A DNA stretch of 64,000 nucleotides from a virus. Lineage: Duplodnaviria > Caudoviricetes. The notes beneath the pieces were generated by a model. The model ran no database searches, was not told where the DNA came from, and saw nothing but the letters and a program-made list of their open reading frames with translations. Positions 10,758 to 20,534 of the stretch are shown here, piece after piece. The translations under genes were made by a program, and so were the position numbers. The DNA is taken from positions 47,956-111,955 of IMG/VR virus record IMGVR_UViG_3300035501_000578; one strand, given 5' to 3'. Position 1 is the first letter of the stretch; each line of letters begins with the position of its first letter.

Positions 10758-12533
10758 TTAGTATTTTGTCACTTTCTTTGGCGCACGAACTGAGAAGAGT
10801 TGGGTAGGGGAGTAGATAGGAGATTGTTTTGGTTTAAGTTTTAAAGCCAATTCTTGACACACATGATAATTCATCATTGCGGCAGAATATCTATCCTTCC
10901 TCATACCAGATTTTTCTTTGATTTTTATATTTGTTCCTTTTACTTCATGGTCTAAATTAATCAACTCATTTACAAGCAAAGAAGTTTGTATATATGGTAA
11001 TTTTAACATCGCTTGTTCCCTAGAAGTAAATTTAGAATAACCTCTAACTTTTGTAATAATATCCTCTGCCTCATATTCAGAAAGTAAAAGATTTATATTT
11101 CCATTCTGAAATCCTGCTCTCAATGCAAGTGCTGCTTTAGTATTAAAATCAGCCGTAGCCTTAATAGACCAAATAACCTTATTCGCATTTTTTATACGAC
11201 AACGACTAGCCATATTATCATCATTCAAACAAGTCATAGCATCGTATGTAACTGCATACTCTGCGTCATACTGTGGTTTTGTGCAAAAGTCGTACACACC
11301 TAATCCCTGACCATTCGTATCTAAAACTAAATCTGTACACTGATATTGATAAAATGTTCTCATTACAATAATTCCTAACTCATCAGTCGTGAGTCCTTCA
11401 TAAGATTCTTCGTAAACAAAATTAGAAATATAATCATTGTTATCAGTTGGAATGGCTGAATTTATAATCAAAGCTGAAGAATCATTATTATGGCGTTTAC
11501 TTGCCATTAAAGCAATATCCACAGATAATATTCTTTTTTCGTTGGTTTGTAATTCTGGAATTTTTATTTGATGATTTTTATAAATTTCAAGAGGATAAAA
11601 AGAATTTTTGATTTTCCTTCTTGCTGATATATCATCGTATTTGAAGAAAGCTCCATCTGTATCGCCATACCATTCTGCACCCATTTCCATTTTAAAAGAA
11701 AGTGGATCAAAATCAGCCTCGCTCATCTCATCCTCAACCTGTTCACGAGATAAAAGACCTTCTTTAATCGCTAAATTGTAAGGAAGCCCACAACAAAAAT
11801 AGCGTTTTGCATCATCCAACATATTTGCGTAATATGCTTGTAATTTTGAATAGCTCCAATGACTTTTAAACCACGCTGAACTCATATACATCTCGATGTT
11901 ACGCTCTGTAAGATGAGCATATTCTGGATTATTTAAATATCCAGGAGAGCGAGGAGCTGTTAAGAATTTTCTTAATACAGTATTTATTGTGTTTAAATCA
12001 ACCATCCGAAATTCATCTACGACTATGAGCGTGGCTCGGTTGTGCCTTGCCGAATCATTAGAACTAACTATTTTAATCCAACTACCATTTCTAAAATCCA
12101 CATGAGCATTATTGATTGAAGTTGAAATATCACTTATTTCAGCTCTAAGATTAGCCGACCCCCAACTATAATTTTTCATAAAGTCATCATTTATCTTTTG
12201 AATTATTTCTAGCGATTGTGCTTTAAAACCTGATGCCACACAGATCTTGGTTCCAGGGTAAAGTATACATCTTACAACGCAGTACAAAGAGGTCAACCAT
12301 GTCTTGCCAGAGCCACGACTTGCAATATACATGAAATTTGTACTAACCATCATCATATATATTAAAATTTTTTGGAATAGTTTAAGCCGAACGTTCAGGT
12401 AGTTACACACAAATCTTTGCGGGTTTTTTCTAAAATAAGAAGCCCAATATGCTACACCTTCAAGAACTCTTTCAGATTTTTCTTGGTAAACCTCTTGTAA
12501 TGTTTTTTTGTTTTGTTTATTTTTAGAAGCCAT
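10758..12533 (-). CDS. terL: Terminase large subunit
   Basis: Walker A ASRGSGKT, Walker B IVVDE, nuclease LSVDIA and RKDRYSA motifs. Confidence 0.93.
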   Translation of the reverse strand: MASKNKQNKKTLQEVYQEKSERVLEGVAYWASYFRKNPQRFVCNYLNVRLKLFQKILIYMMMVSTNFMYIASRGSGKTWLTSLYCVVRCILYPGTKICVASGFKAQSLEIIQKINDDFMKNYSWGSANLRAEISDISTSINNAHVDFRNGSWIKIVSSNDSARHNRATLIVVDEFRMVDLNTINTVLRKFLTAPRSPGYLNNPEYAHLTERNIEMYMSSAWFKSHWSYSKLQAYYANMLDDAKRYFCCGLPYNLAIKEGLLSREQVEDEMSEADFDPLSFKMEMGAEWYGDTDGAFFKYDDISARRKIKNSFYPLEIYKNHQIKIPELQTNEKRILSVDIALMASKRHNNDSSALIINSAIPTDNNDYISNFVYEESYEGLTTDELGIIVMRTFYQYQCTDLVLDTNGQGLGVYDFCTKPQYDAEYAVTYDAMTCLNDDNMASRCRIKNANKVIWSIKATADFNTKAALALRAGFQNGNINLLLSEYEAEDIITKVRGYSKFTSREQAMLKLPYIQTSLLVNELINLDHEVKGTNIKIKEKSGMRKDRYSAAMMNYHVCQELALKLKPKQSPIYSPTQLFSVRAPKKVTKY

Positions 12534-13591
12534 TATTCTTCGCTACTTCCAAAAATTTTATCGAATAGAACTTCGCTATCAGTTTCCTCATCGTACTCAG
12601 GAGGTTTGACTGCGTACTTTGACATGAATTTTTCGTATAAGTTTGAAAATCTATTCTTTAAACCGAGCATTTTACAAGCATGCCCCCTATAAAAAACATC
12701 AATATAGGTTCCAATTTTATCAACATCCTCTAACTCCGGATCTATATCTGGAAGTGGTCTAGTTTCTTCATATTTTTGAATAAGAGTGCCTAGTGTCTGT
12801 GCGTCAGAAAATGTATCCAGCATATTTTGCTTTGGTTTTAAATTTCCAGTATCAAGCCAATCTTGATATGCTTTATCAATATCTTTTGTTGATTGACCTT
12901 TTTTCAAAGCAACTCTTTTCATAAGTTTTAAAATTGATAAGTTCTCAAAAGTTTCTTCTTGAGCCTTTTGAGAACATTCATATCTGGAAACCCAATCTTG
13001 ATATTCGTTTTCAAGAAACATAAGCTCTTCATTCGTATAATCTGAACCGAACCTTTTCTTTGCAGATTTAATAGTTTTTTGAATAATTTTAGTATTTTCC
13101 TCAGTATTATTATCTATATCTTCAATATCAAACTCCGAATCAGAAAACTTTTTTAAACGATATTGAGGCAATGATTTGATCATTACCGTAAATTGTTGAA
13201 CTGCTGTAGAACGTATCTTTTCACCTGTTCCTTCAGACAAAATATCTAATTGTGCTTTATAATCTTTATCACTGAAATACCAATTTAAACGCCTAAAAGT
13301 TTCAATCGTTTTTTCTCTATTATCAATTCTAACTCCATTTTTATCTATGTCTGTACACATATCAAGTAAACATTCTTTACAAGCATAATGCTCGATTCCA
13401 CTTTTGGTTTCAGTAGAAGAGTAAAACGCTTTTGAAGTCTTCCATTTTCCACAATGCGGACAATACACATAATCCAAATCTAAAAGCCGGTTGTAATCAG
13501 CGGCTAATTCGTTATATGCTTTTTTGACATTATTTACAGTTAATTTCTTAATCTCATCCTCGGTCTTAGCTTGTCGTAAATTAGCCATCAA
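12533..13591 (-). CDS. Zn-finger protein upstream of TerL (putative terminase small subunit)
   Basis: CPHCG...CKEC; coupled to terL; synteny. Confidence 0.5.
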   Translation of the reverse strand: MMANLRQAKTEDEIKKLTVNNVKKAYNELAADYNRLLDLDYVYCPHCGKWKTSKAFYSSTETKSGIEHYACKECLLDMCTDIDKNGVRIDNREKTIETFRRLNWYFSDKDYKAQLDILSEGTGEKIRSTAVQQFTVMIKSLPQYRLKKFSDSEFDIEDIDNNTEENTKIIQKTIKSAKKRFGSDYTNEELMFLENEYQDWVSRYECSQKAQEETFENLSILKLMKRVALKKGQSTKDIDKAYQDWLDTGNLKPKQNMLDTFSDAQTLGTLIQKYEETRPLPDIDPELEDVDKIGTYIDVFYRGHACKMLGLKNRFSNLYEKFMSKYAVKPPEYDEETDSEVLFDKIFGSSEE

Positions 13592-13632
13592 TTCACCTTC
13601 TTTCCTCTTAATCTATATAAAAAGAGAAGTAG

Positions 13633-14649
13633 TTAAGCTGTTTTAACCACTTCTCCAAATTCAGGTATATATTCTTTCCATAAATAATTTTTGTGATATG
13701 CACGATTGCCATCACAGACTTTATTTATACTATAAATATCATAATAATCATGATTAGCCAAATCTTCCGATTTCCATGTTCGTATATAATTCATATTCAT
13801 ATCGTATTGATTTATATAATATTTTCCGCAACTTCTCCTACTATGTAAAAGATATTCTTGTGAAAAATCATTCTCTTTTTCAAATTTATATCTCCAAATA
13901 AATCCATCATATGAATTTCGTTCATGCCTACAACATCTTGTAATTGAAGAAAATTTTTTGTAACTATTTTTTAAATCTAAATAATCCCATTCTTTTATTA
14001 ATCTGCCATATAAGTCATATTGTAGGATTGGAATATTAAAAAATCTACTATACTTTAACATATATTGTTCAACATCAAAATTTTCTATTTTATCAAATTC
14101 GTCTTTATAAAACCAAATATATCCATTTGCTTGATGCGTAATATGTCTACAACATTGTAATATGGATCTTGCTCTTATATTATTATATGTTCTTTGAACA
14201 TGAGTTGCACTTCTCCATATACGAACTACATTTCCATTAAAATCAATTTGAACAACCTTTTCAGGATTTTTAACTTTTGACATATATTCTTTTTGTTCTT
14301 CAGTTAAAATAGTTCCTCTTGATCCACCTCCACCATCAGATAAATTATATCCAAATTCAGGATTTTTTGAATCATACTTTGAAATCCAATATATTTCTCT
14401 GTCATCCAAATCCTTTTCTTCACATAATTCTAATATTGAAAATTCAAAATTTTCTTTACCATACTGATTCCAAGCACCTTGTAGATGTCTATTTGAATGA
14501 ATTTGCTTGTTTAATTCATACTTATGATGCCACCAACGTTGTCTTATATCTGTGCTTTGACCTACATATACTTTGCCATTAATAACATTTGTTATGATAT
14601 AAATGCCACATACATTTTCATCTAATTTAGTCCATAATTTTGCACCCAT
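13633..14649 (-). CDS. Free-standing GIY-YIG homing endonuclease with NUMOD1 repeats
   Basis: GIYIITN...VYVGQS, GYNLSDGG, three repeats of Q(Y/I)D..G....W...CC...GYIW. Confidence 0.9.
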   Translation of the reverse strand: MGAKLWTKLDENVCGIYIITNVINGKVYVGQSTDIRQRWWHHKYELNKQIHSNRHLQGAWNQYGKENFEFSILELCEEKDLDDREIYWISKYDSKNPEFGYNLSDGGGGSRGTILTEEQKEYMSKVKNPEKVVQIDFNGNVVRIWRSATHVQRTYNNIRARSILQCCRHITHQANGYIWFYKDEFDKIENFDVEQYMLKYSRFFNIPILQYDLYGRLIKEWDYLDLKNSYKKFSSITRCCRHERNSYDGFIWRYKFEKENDFSQEYLLHSRRSCGKYYINQYDMNMNYIRTWKSEDLANHDYYDIYSINKVCDGNRAYHKNYLWKEYIPEFGEVVKTA

Positions 14650-14700
14650 ATTTCATCATTTCTCCAATCTCCCCATATCAAAATATTTACATCAAAAGAG

Positions 14701-14769
14701 AAGAGAAGGGCGACTGGATATGGAGTACAGTCATTTATAGAGTTTGCAAATCTCTATTATCCTTCTCTT
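14701..14769 (-). promoter_or_regulatory. Three-way-junction RNA leader (copy 1) upstream of GIY-YIG gene
   Basis: P1 AAGAGAAGG/CCTTCTCTT, P2 ATAGAG/CTCTAT, P3 TGACTG/CAGTCG; loop CTCCATATC complementary to GATATGGGG near the RBS; covaries with copy at 20535. Confidence 0.6.
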
Positions 14770-14772
14770 GAT

Positions 14773-14851
14773 CGCCAACCATCAGACTCGAACTGACAAA
14801 AGCCCATCTACCACAACCGACAAGCCGTTTTCCCATTTAAACTACATTGGT
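14773..14851 (-). tRNA. Degenerate tRNA-like element (enlarged anticodon arm, GTG in loop)
   Basis: D arm GTTT/AAAC, T arm GTCAG-TTCGAGT-CTGAT; acceptor stem has 2 mismatches. Confidence 0.5.
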
Positions 14852-14956
14852 ACACTATATATTTCTCTATTTCAATTTCATTCCAAACAAAAAAGAGCCG
14901 TATAAACGACTCTTTACCGATTGATCGCAAAATCAACCACAACTGTATTTAATATT

Positions 14957-15130
14957 TTATTGCGGACTTACCTGAACCATCAATTCCTTAGAATCCCTAT
15001 CAATAGAAACAGAAAAGTCATGCGAATCCATGAACTCTACAATTTTTCTGTTTTCTTCTGTAACAGGAGTCCTTTTTAATTCTTTTCTTGCAACAAACGG
15101 TAATCTAGGCTTTAAAACATATCCATTCAT
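14957..15130 (-). CDS. Hypothetical protein
   Basis: MNGYVLKPRLP... start with GGAGG RBS inside tracked ORF. Confidence 0.5.
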   Translation of the reverse strand: MNGYVLKPRLPFVARKELKRTPVTEENRKIVEFMDSHDFSVSIDRDSKELMVQVSPQ

Positions 15131-15152
15131 ACAATTCCTCCAAAAATGATTA

Positions 15153-15398
15153 TTAAAACATACCGCCAAATATAGAATTAAAAGCATCCGTAAAATCAGA
15201 TTTCCCCTCTTCTAAAACATCAATTAATTTATGCTCACCATATAAATTTCTCAATACTTTGAAACTATCAGCTTTTGCTTGCCATAAAGTTTTTTCGTAT
15301 TCATCGTCTCCATATATACCAACTGGATTTCTACGTTTCCATGAAGAATCTAAAGCAGCTTTGTATTGTATAAGTTTAGAATATTTACGTTGATTCAT
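15153..15398 (-). CDS. Hypothetical protein
   Basis: 81-aa ORF with AAGGA RBS. Confidence 0.55.
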   Translation of the reverse strand: MNQRKYSKLIQYKAALDSSWKRRNPVGIYGDDEYEKTLWQAKADSFKVLRNLYGEHKLIDVLEEGKSDFTDAFNSIFGGMF

Positions 15399-15454
15399 AT
15401 TGTTTATCCTTTCAATCTTTATATATATTAAATTTTCTAAATAGAACTACACAT

Positions 15455-15670
15455 TTATTTATTCTTATCTTTTCTACGTTTAATATCATCAATAATACAA
15501 GAGACAATACCGCCAACCACAATAAACGGCATTATCAAAGATTTATATATTATTTGATACCACTTGTCATCATTGTCTAAAACAATTAATGCCCAAGGGA
15601 AACAGAATATACCATCTATACATAGATATATAACTAAAAATTTAAGAATGTAATACCAAATACTAAACAC
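15455..15670 (-). CDS. Small membrane protein
   Basis: Two hydrophobic segments and a basic C-terminus. Confidence 0.5.
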   Translation of the reverse strand: MFSIWYYILKFLVIYLCIDGIFCFPWALIVLDNDDKWYQIIYKSLIMPFIVVGGIVSCIIDDIKRRKDKNK

Positions 15671-15690
15671 CTCTTTTGTTTATTAATTAG

Positions 15691-15763
15691 TGGAAGCGTT
15701 GGGACTTGAACCCAATACGATAGCCATACATTGATACTTGACTTCGTTACCTAATTCACTCCC
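15691..15763 (-). tRNA. tRNA-like element lacking a D stem
   Basis: Acceptor GGGAGTG/CGCTTCC, T arm TTGGG-TTCAAGT-CCCAA, 3' ACTA; long irregular hairpin replaces the anticodon arm. Confidence 0.55.
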
Positions 15764-15782
15764 ATGATAGAAGAGGATGACA

Positions 15783-15923
15783 TCAAATTTCTTCTAAACA
15801 ACACATTACAGCATCCCAATCAGTGTCATAATATTTACCACATTCACTGCAAATATAATGAATTCCATCATCATCACAAATATATTCAGATGCTACATAT
15901 AATTCTTCTTCATTTTCAATCAT
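15783..15923 (-). CDS. Small acidic Zn-ribbon protein
   Basis: YICSECGKYY...AVMCC. Confidence 0.45.
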   Translation of the reverse strand: MIENEEELYVASEYICDDDGIHYICSECGKYYDTDWDAVMCCLEEI

Positions 15924-15972
15924 ATTTTTTATTCTTTCTGAAACAAAATTTTTATCCAATTTGTGCGTTGCG

Positions 15973-16042
15973 CAAGCCATATCAGGATTCGAACCTGTAT
16001 TTCCGATTATGTCGGCGTTCTTTCCGTTGACACTAATGACAC
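15973..16042 (-). tRNA. Degenerate tRNA-like element (5-nt anticodon loop CATAA)
   Basis: T arm CAGG-TTCGAAT-CCTG, CCGA-CATAA-TCGG arm, partial acceptor GTCAT/ATGGC. Confidence 0.5.
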
Positions 16043-16370
16043 GTACAAATTGGATAACAGCACAAAGTACTAACTAACTACATCTAGGATTTCCGGTTAA
16101 TCCACTTCGAGTTAGTTATTATGCTGTGTTCATACTTTAAAAATCAGTAACAGAGATAATTAATCGCTATTACTTCCAAAACTTATATGATGAGTTTTCA
16201 ATCGTTATCTTAAAAAACAGCTATAATTATAGTTATCTGTTTATTGCCGACTCTGACGGTTACTTTATTACAAATAATAATTGTAGTGTGAATTTCACTA
16301 TGGCTATGCCGCCACAAATCAAGTTTGTCATAATGTGGATTATGCCATCCAATATATTTTAGTTACCCAT

Positions 16371-16520
16371 GTGAACTGCTCACGAGACTAAAGCCTCGGA
16401 GCTTCTTGTTTCTGCCTCAACGGTTATTGTCACACCTTATAGGTAGTTTTCCCATCAAGTCCACAAGCGTATAAGTTCGGCTAGTTCCTAACCTACTATT
16501 TATGTGCCTTAGACTATACT
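16371..16520 (-). ncRNA. Putative TnpB omegaRNA (reRNA) scaffold
   Basis: Non-coding right end between tnpB stop and the RE hairpin; established architecture of IS605 elements. Confidence 0.6.
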
Positions 16521-17603
16521 TATAAGCCTAAACCCTTCATTTTTTATATTTATTGCTGAATTGTAATCTCTATCTATTGTAAGACCACAACACTCACAAT
16601 GATATATTTTGTCTGATAACTCCATAGGGTGTCTGTTACCACAACTTGAGCATAACTGAGTAGATGGAAACCACTTATCTACTTTTACAAGCTGTTTACC
16701 TCTGCCTGCAAGTTTATAATCTAACATTGTTAGAAACATACCATTTCCGTTATCCATTGTGGCTTTACCGTTGCCAAAACCTTTATTAGACATAGCTTTC
16801 ATATCAAGAGTTTCTACGCATACAATATCGTACTGATTGGCTATCTCAGTAGACTTTTTGTGCAAAAAATCTTTTCTCTGGTTTGATATATGAGTATGTA
16901 TCTTAGATATATTTTTCTGTTGTTTATAATAATTATTGCTGCCTATCTTTTTATGTCTTAATTTTCTTTGTGCTTTAGCAAGTCCGTCCTGAGACGTCCT
17001 GTAATATTTAGGGTTTCCACATACATTACCCTCGCTGTCAGCATACAGTCCGTCTGACTTATAATCTAAGCCGATACACTGAGTTCCTGTTGATTTTACA
17101 ATCACGGTATCGTATTCAAAAAGAACCGATACATAATATTTACCGTCACTGCTTTGTGATATGGTTGCAGATTTAAGTACCCAGTCTGTATCTGGTTTTC
17201 TGTGTATCTTAGCTTTTACAACACCAAGTTTAGGTAGTTTTATGCCTTTGTCATAAATGGTAACTGAACCCTTCTGGTTATTGGTAGTATAGGCTTTCTT
17301 ACTGTGTTTAGCCGACTTATACTTTGGGAAACCTGTCTTTGGGTTAGTGAAGAAGTTTTTGTATGCTGTCTGTAAGTATATCTGAACATTTGCAAGAGCC
17401 AAAGAGTCTACTTCCTTTAAGTATGTATATTCTTTCTTATACTGAGCAGGTGTAGTCTGTAACATCTGTTTGTTTATCTGATAGTAAGCTATTTTATCAG
17501 CAAGCATTAAGTTCCATATCTTACGGCAACAGCCAAATGTCTTAGCAAATAAGATTTTCTGTTCTTCTGTCGGATATAATCTGTATTTGATTGCTTTATT
17601 CAT
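16509..17603 (-). CDS. tnpB: TnpB RNA-guided endonuclease
   Basis: MNKAIKYRLYPT start with its own GGAGGT RBS; RuvC D (IGLDY), E (VETLD), D (DRDYNSAINI); CxxC/CxCC zinc finger. Confidence 0.93.
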   Translation of the reverse strand: MNKAIKYRLYPTEEQKILFAKTFGCCRKIWNLMLADKIAYYQINKQMLQTTPAQYKKEYTYLKEVDSLALANVQIYLQTAYKNFFTNPKTGFPKYKSAKHSKKAYTTNNQKGSVTIYDKGIKLPKLGVVKAKIHRKPDTDWVLKSATISQSSDGKYYVSVLFEYDTVIVKSTGTQCIGLDYKSDGLYADSEGNVCGNPKYYRTSQDGLAKAQRKLRHKKIGSNNYYKQQKNISKIHTHISNQRKDFLHKKSTEIANQYDIVCVETLDMKAMSNKGFGNGKATMDNGNGMFLTMLDYKLAGRGKQLVKVDKWFPSTQLCSSCGNRHPMELSDKIYHCECCGLTIDRDYNSAINIKNEGFRLISIV

Positions 17604-18013
17604 AACTACACCTCCTTGATTTTCTATATACTCTTTGAGAGTCTTTTCACTAACATTACCTACTGAACAAATAAAATAACCGTCTGTCCAGAAGGTATGC
17701 TCTTTCCAAAAATAATTACTAAGATATGCTGAATATTTTTGCCATATATGATAAGTTGTATAGCTTTTCATAGTCCTAACAAAATCTGATAAGTTTATGT
17801 TTAGTCTGGTTTCTATCATATAATGAATATGGTCTTTGTCTATTTCCATATACTTTATAGAAACATTATGTTTAGAACATATCTCTCTTGATAATCTTTT
17901 TATATCATTAGCAATATACTGATTTATCAATAGCTTTTTCTGTATTTACATACAAATATAAGATGATACTGTAACAAATATTTATTATGACTTGCAGATT
18001 TCCAATTACCCAT
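17604..18013 (-). pseudogene. tnpA: IS200 TnpA (Y1 HUH transposase), frameshifted near N-terminus and fused in frame to tnpB
   Basis: MGNWKSASHNKYLLQYHLIFVCKYRK then AGA AAA AGC TAT TGA; the other frame carries DHIH, FWTDGYF, EYIENQ and runs into tnpB without a stop. Confidence 0.8.
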
Positions 18014-18129
18014 AAGCATTACCTCCTATGAATAATAGAAATGTCTGAGTTTATTACAACACAATCTGAGTTTTTATGTGCCGATTCATTCCACGAACCT
18101 AAAGGTTCGGGGAGTTCTTGGCACTATGC

Positions 18130-18350
18130 TTAAATAATCTTCCAGTCTTCTTACAAGAATCAAGAAATTCATCAGAAACCAAATGACTATTGTATTCTCT
18201 AGGATTGATTGGGGATGATAGAATATTTTTGTTGTGTTTTCTATATCTATCCATAGTTTTTTTAAAATTTTCATTGTTCTGGTTTAGAAATTTATCTGCT
18301 TCTTGTGAGCTGAGAATGAAAGTATGATTTATTTCTATAGTTTGTTTCAT
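18130..18350 (-). CDS. Hypothetical protein, C-terminus interrupted by the IS
   Basis: Removing the IS restores ...GRLFK-WVTKIYWMA stop using sequence below 16371. Confidence 0.5.
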
Positions 18351-18472
18351 AATATCAACTTCTTTTTTATTCTTTTCTTTGATTGATAAAATTTGGGATT
18401 AAGATTGTTTTAATTAGACATATATGGCGTGATAAGTGGGAGATAGAAGAGTAAGTGGACAGATGTGGCGAG

Positions 18473-19426
18473 TTAGATAATTATTGAATCTTTGATTTTT
18501 CTAACCTTAGTCGTGTCTGTTTTAAGATAGAACTTTTTCGTGACATCAGTACCGGAATGATTCAACATAGTTGAAATATCCTCAAGACTGACTCCCTCAG
18601 ATTTCATGAGGTTACTATAAGTGTGGCGAAAATCATGACAGTGAAGTGTAGGCTCACCAATCATCTTACCAATCTTTTTACACCAATCATTCAATGTACC
18701 ATTAGCAATAGGTTTCTCTGGAGTAACATATGGACTTAAAAATACCCAACCATAATCATCTATATTGTTTTCTTTTCTATATTCAACAAGTCTCTCTAAA
18801 TATCCTTTTGCTTCTTGTGAAAAACTTAATTCTACAATTTTCCCTTCTTTTTCTAATACACCAGAAAATATACGTTCTTCCCAGTCAATTTGTTCCCATC
18901 TTAAATGTGCAATTGCATTTACTCTTCCCATAGTAGTAAGAGATACAAATGCATATGCTTGAAATTGAATATCTCCATATTCTTCCAACTTTTCACGCAT
19001 AAGTTGTACTTCTTCTTTTGTAAGATATGTTTGAACAACAATAGCTTGTCCCTGTTTCGGACGCTCAATAAATTCAACCGGAGATTCTTTTATTAATTTC
19101 TTTTTCCGTAAAAATTTATAAAAAGCAGAAATAGAAGACATTACACGCTTTTGTCTATTTACATTATTTCCTTGCTGCTTTCTCCAGTAGTAATATTCGA
19201 TTATGTCATCGTCTGTCGCTTCTAATACACTTAAATTAAATTGATTATCATGCATAAAGATAAACCACTGCATTAAATCTGTATTATATCCATAGACTGT
19301 GTTATGTGATAAATCACGAATTGACATATCTATTTGATATTTCTGAAACAGTTTTAATGTCTCAGGATTTATCTGTTTTGCCTTTTCTTCGTCATATAAA
19401 CAAATTCTTTTACTTCGTTCAGCCAT
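18473..19426 (-). CDS. Tyrosine recombinase (XerC/D-like)
   Basis: SAM-like N-domain, TMGRV (R), HDFRH (HxxR), LNHS, catalytic Y in KKFY. Confidence 0.9.
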   Translation of the reverse strand: MAERSKRICLYDEEKAKQINPETLKLFQKYQIDMSIRDLSHNTVYGYNTDLMQWFIFMHDNQFNLSVLEATDDDIIEYYYWRKQQGNNVNRQKRVMSSISAFYKFLRKKKLIKESPVEFIERPKQGQAIVVQTYLTKEEVQLMREKLEEYGDIQFQAYAFVSLTTMGRVNAIAHLRWEQIDWEERIFSGVLEKEGKIVELSFSQEAKGYLERLVEYRKENNIDDYGWVFLSPYVTPEKPIANGTLNDWCKKIGKMIGEPTLHCHDFRHTYSNLMKSEGVSLEDISTMLNHSGTDVTKKFYLKTDTTKVRKIKDSIII

Positions 19427-19473
19427 CTATTTCCTCCTTTCACTCAAATAAAAAAGAAACAGTAATAGTAATT

Positions 19474-20520
19474 CTAAAATGCTTCTTGTTTTCTCATTTC
19501 TATATATTCATAAATTTGTTCTGGTGTATTATTTCTTTCTCCATAAATTGAATGAAAACTGTTTGGATAATTTATAAGATGACATGGTTCACATAGAGTA
19601 GTCCCATTTGTCACTTCGTATCTTAAATTCTCATACTCTGCAAAATTATATAAATGATGAGCATTTAAATTACCACCACGTTTACCACAACATTGGCAAG
19701 TATAATTATCTCTTTTAAAGACTTTCCGTTGCCATTCTTTATAATAAGTATTATTTCTAGCCATATGTTGTTCTGTAGTAGAAAATCCATCAAAATCTTC
19801 AACTGAAATTCCACGCTGCCTACAAGAAGATTTAATTCTATTTTCCATTGTAGATTGCGACAATCTCACTTTTTCATATCCATCTTTTTCGTTATAGTAA
19901 ATAGATAATAATTCACTTCTGTTTGGTATTTGATATCCGTAAGAACGAATAACATTGATAACAGTATTTCCAGTTAAACCATACATATCTCCGATTTCTT
20001 CAGAAGTCTTATGTTGCTTAAAATACAAATCTTCAATAACATCTTTTGTTAATTTCTCTGTTTTTGATTTATATTTATTATTTAATTGAAAATATGAAAT
20101 CCACTCTCTAAGCGTTCTTTGGTTAATACCGCATTCTTTTGCAATATCATTAGCATCTCTGCCTTTTACAATATATTCACTATATAGCCAATCTTTGTTT
20201 CTGTATGGGATTTCAACGAATATTAAATTTCCATTCTCATCTCTTGTTTTCTTTTTATGAGTAAGACATTCTGGACAGCAATATGTATTTCCACGTAAAT
20301 GTAGATAATCTTTCCAAATAATTTGTTTCAATTTTCTACAATAATCACATTGTATCGTGACTTCTTGTACGGAACCATTACTTAAATCATTAACATCAAT
20401 TTCAAATTCATCACCATAATTAGTAAATATATATCCACACTCAATATAATGCTTTTTATTCGCTGGAAACCATTTTACTTTTAGTTTTTTTGTAATTAAC
20501 ATTTTCACAACTTTCTTCAC
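19474..20520 (-). CDS. HNH homing endonuclease with Zn-ribbon and HTH domains
   Basis: VFKRDNYTCQCCG...LNAHH...NGTTLCEPCH. Confidence 0.88.
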   Translation of the reverse strand: MKKVVKMLITKKLKVKWFPANKKHYIECGYIFTNYGDEFEIDVNDLSNGSVQEVTIQCDYCRKLKQIIWKDYLHLRGNTYCCPECLTHKKKTRDENGNLIFVEIPYRNKDWLYSEYIVKGRDANDIAKECGINQRTLREWISYFQLNNKYKSKTEKLTKDVIEDLYFKQHKTSEEIGDMYGLTGNTVINVIRSYGYQIPNRSELLSIYYNEKDGYEKVRLSQSTMENRIKSSCRQRGISVEDFDGFSTTEQHMARNNTYYKEWQRKVFKRDNYTCQCCGKRGGNLNAHHLYNFAEYENLRYEVTNGTTLCEPCHLINYPNSFHSIYGERNNTPEQIYEYIEMRKQEAF

Positions 20521-20534
20521 ACTTAAAATATAAA

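Larger units (their letters stand above)
16371..18129 (-). mobile_element. IS200/IS605-family element (tnpA + tnpB)
   Basis: Subterminal hairpins at both ends, left end preceded by TTTAA, right end ending TTCAC; HUH and RuvC ORFs; inserted in 3' end of the 18350 gene. Confidence 0.9.

Noticed and set aside
16509-17930. Treating the 473-aa tracked ORF as a single ordinary gene starting at TTG 17930
   Set aside because: The start lacks an RBS and falls mid-TnpA; the true tnpA start is at 18013 in another frame and tnpB has its own RBS
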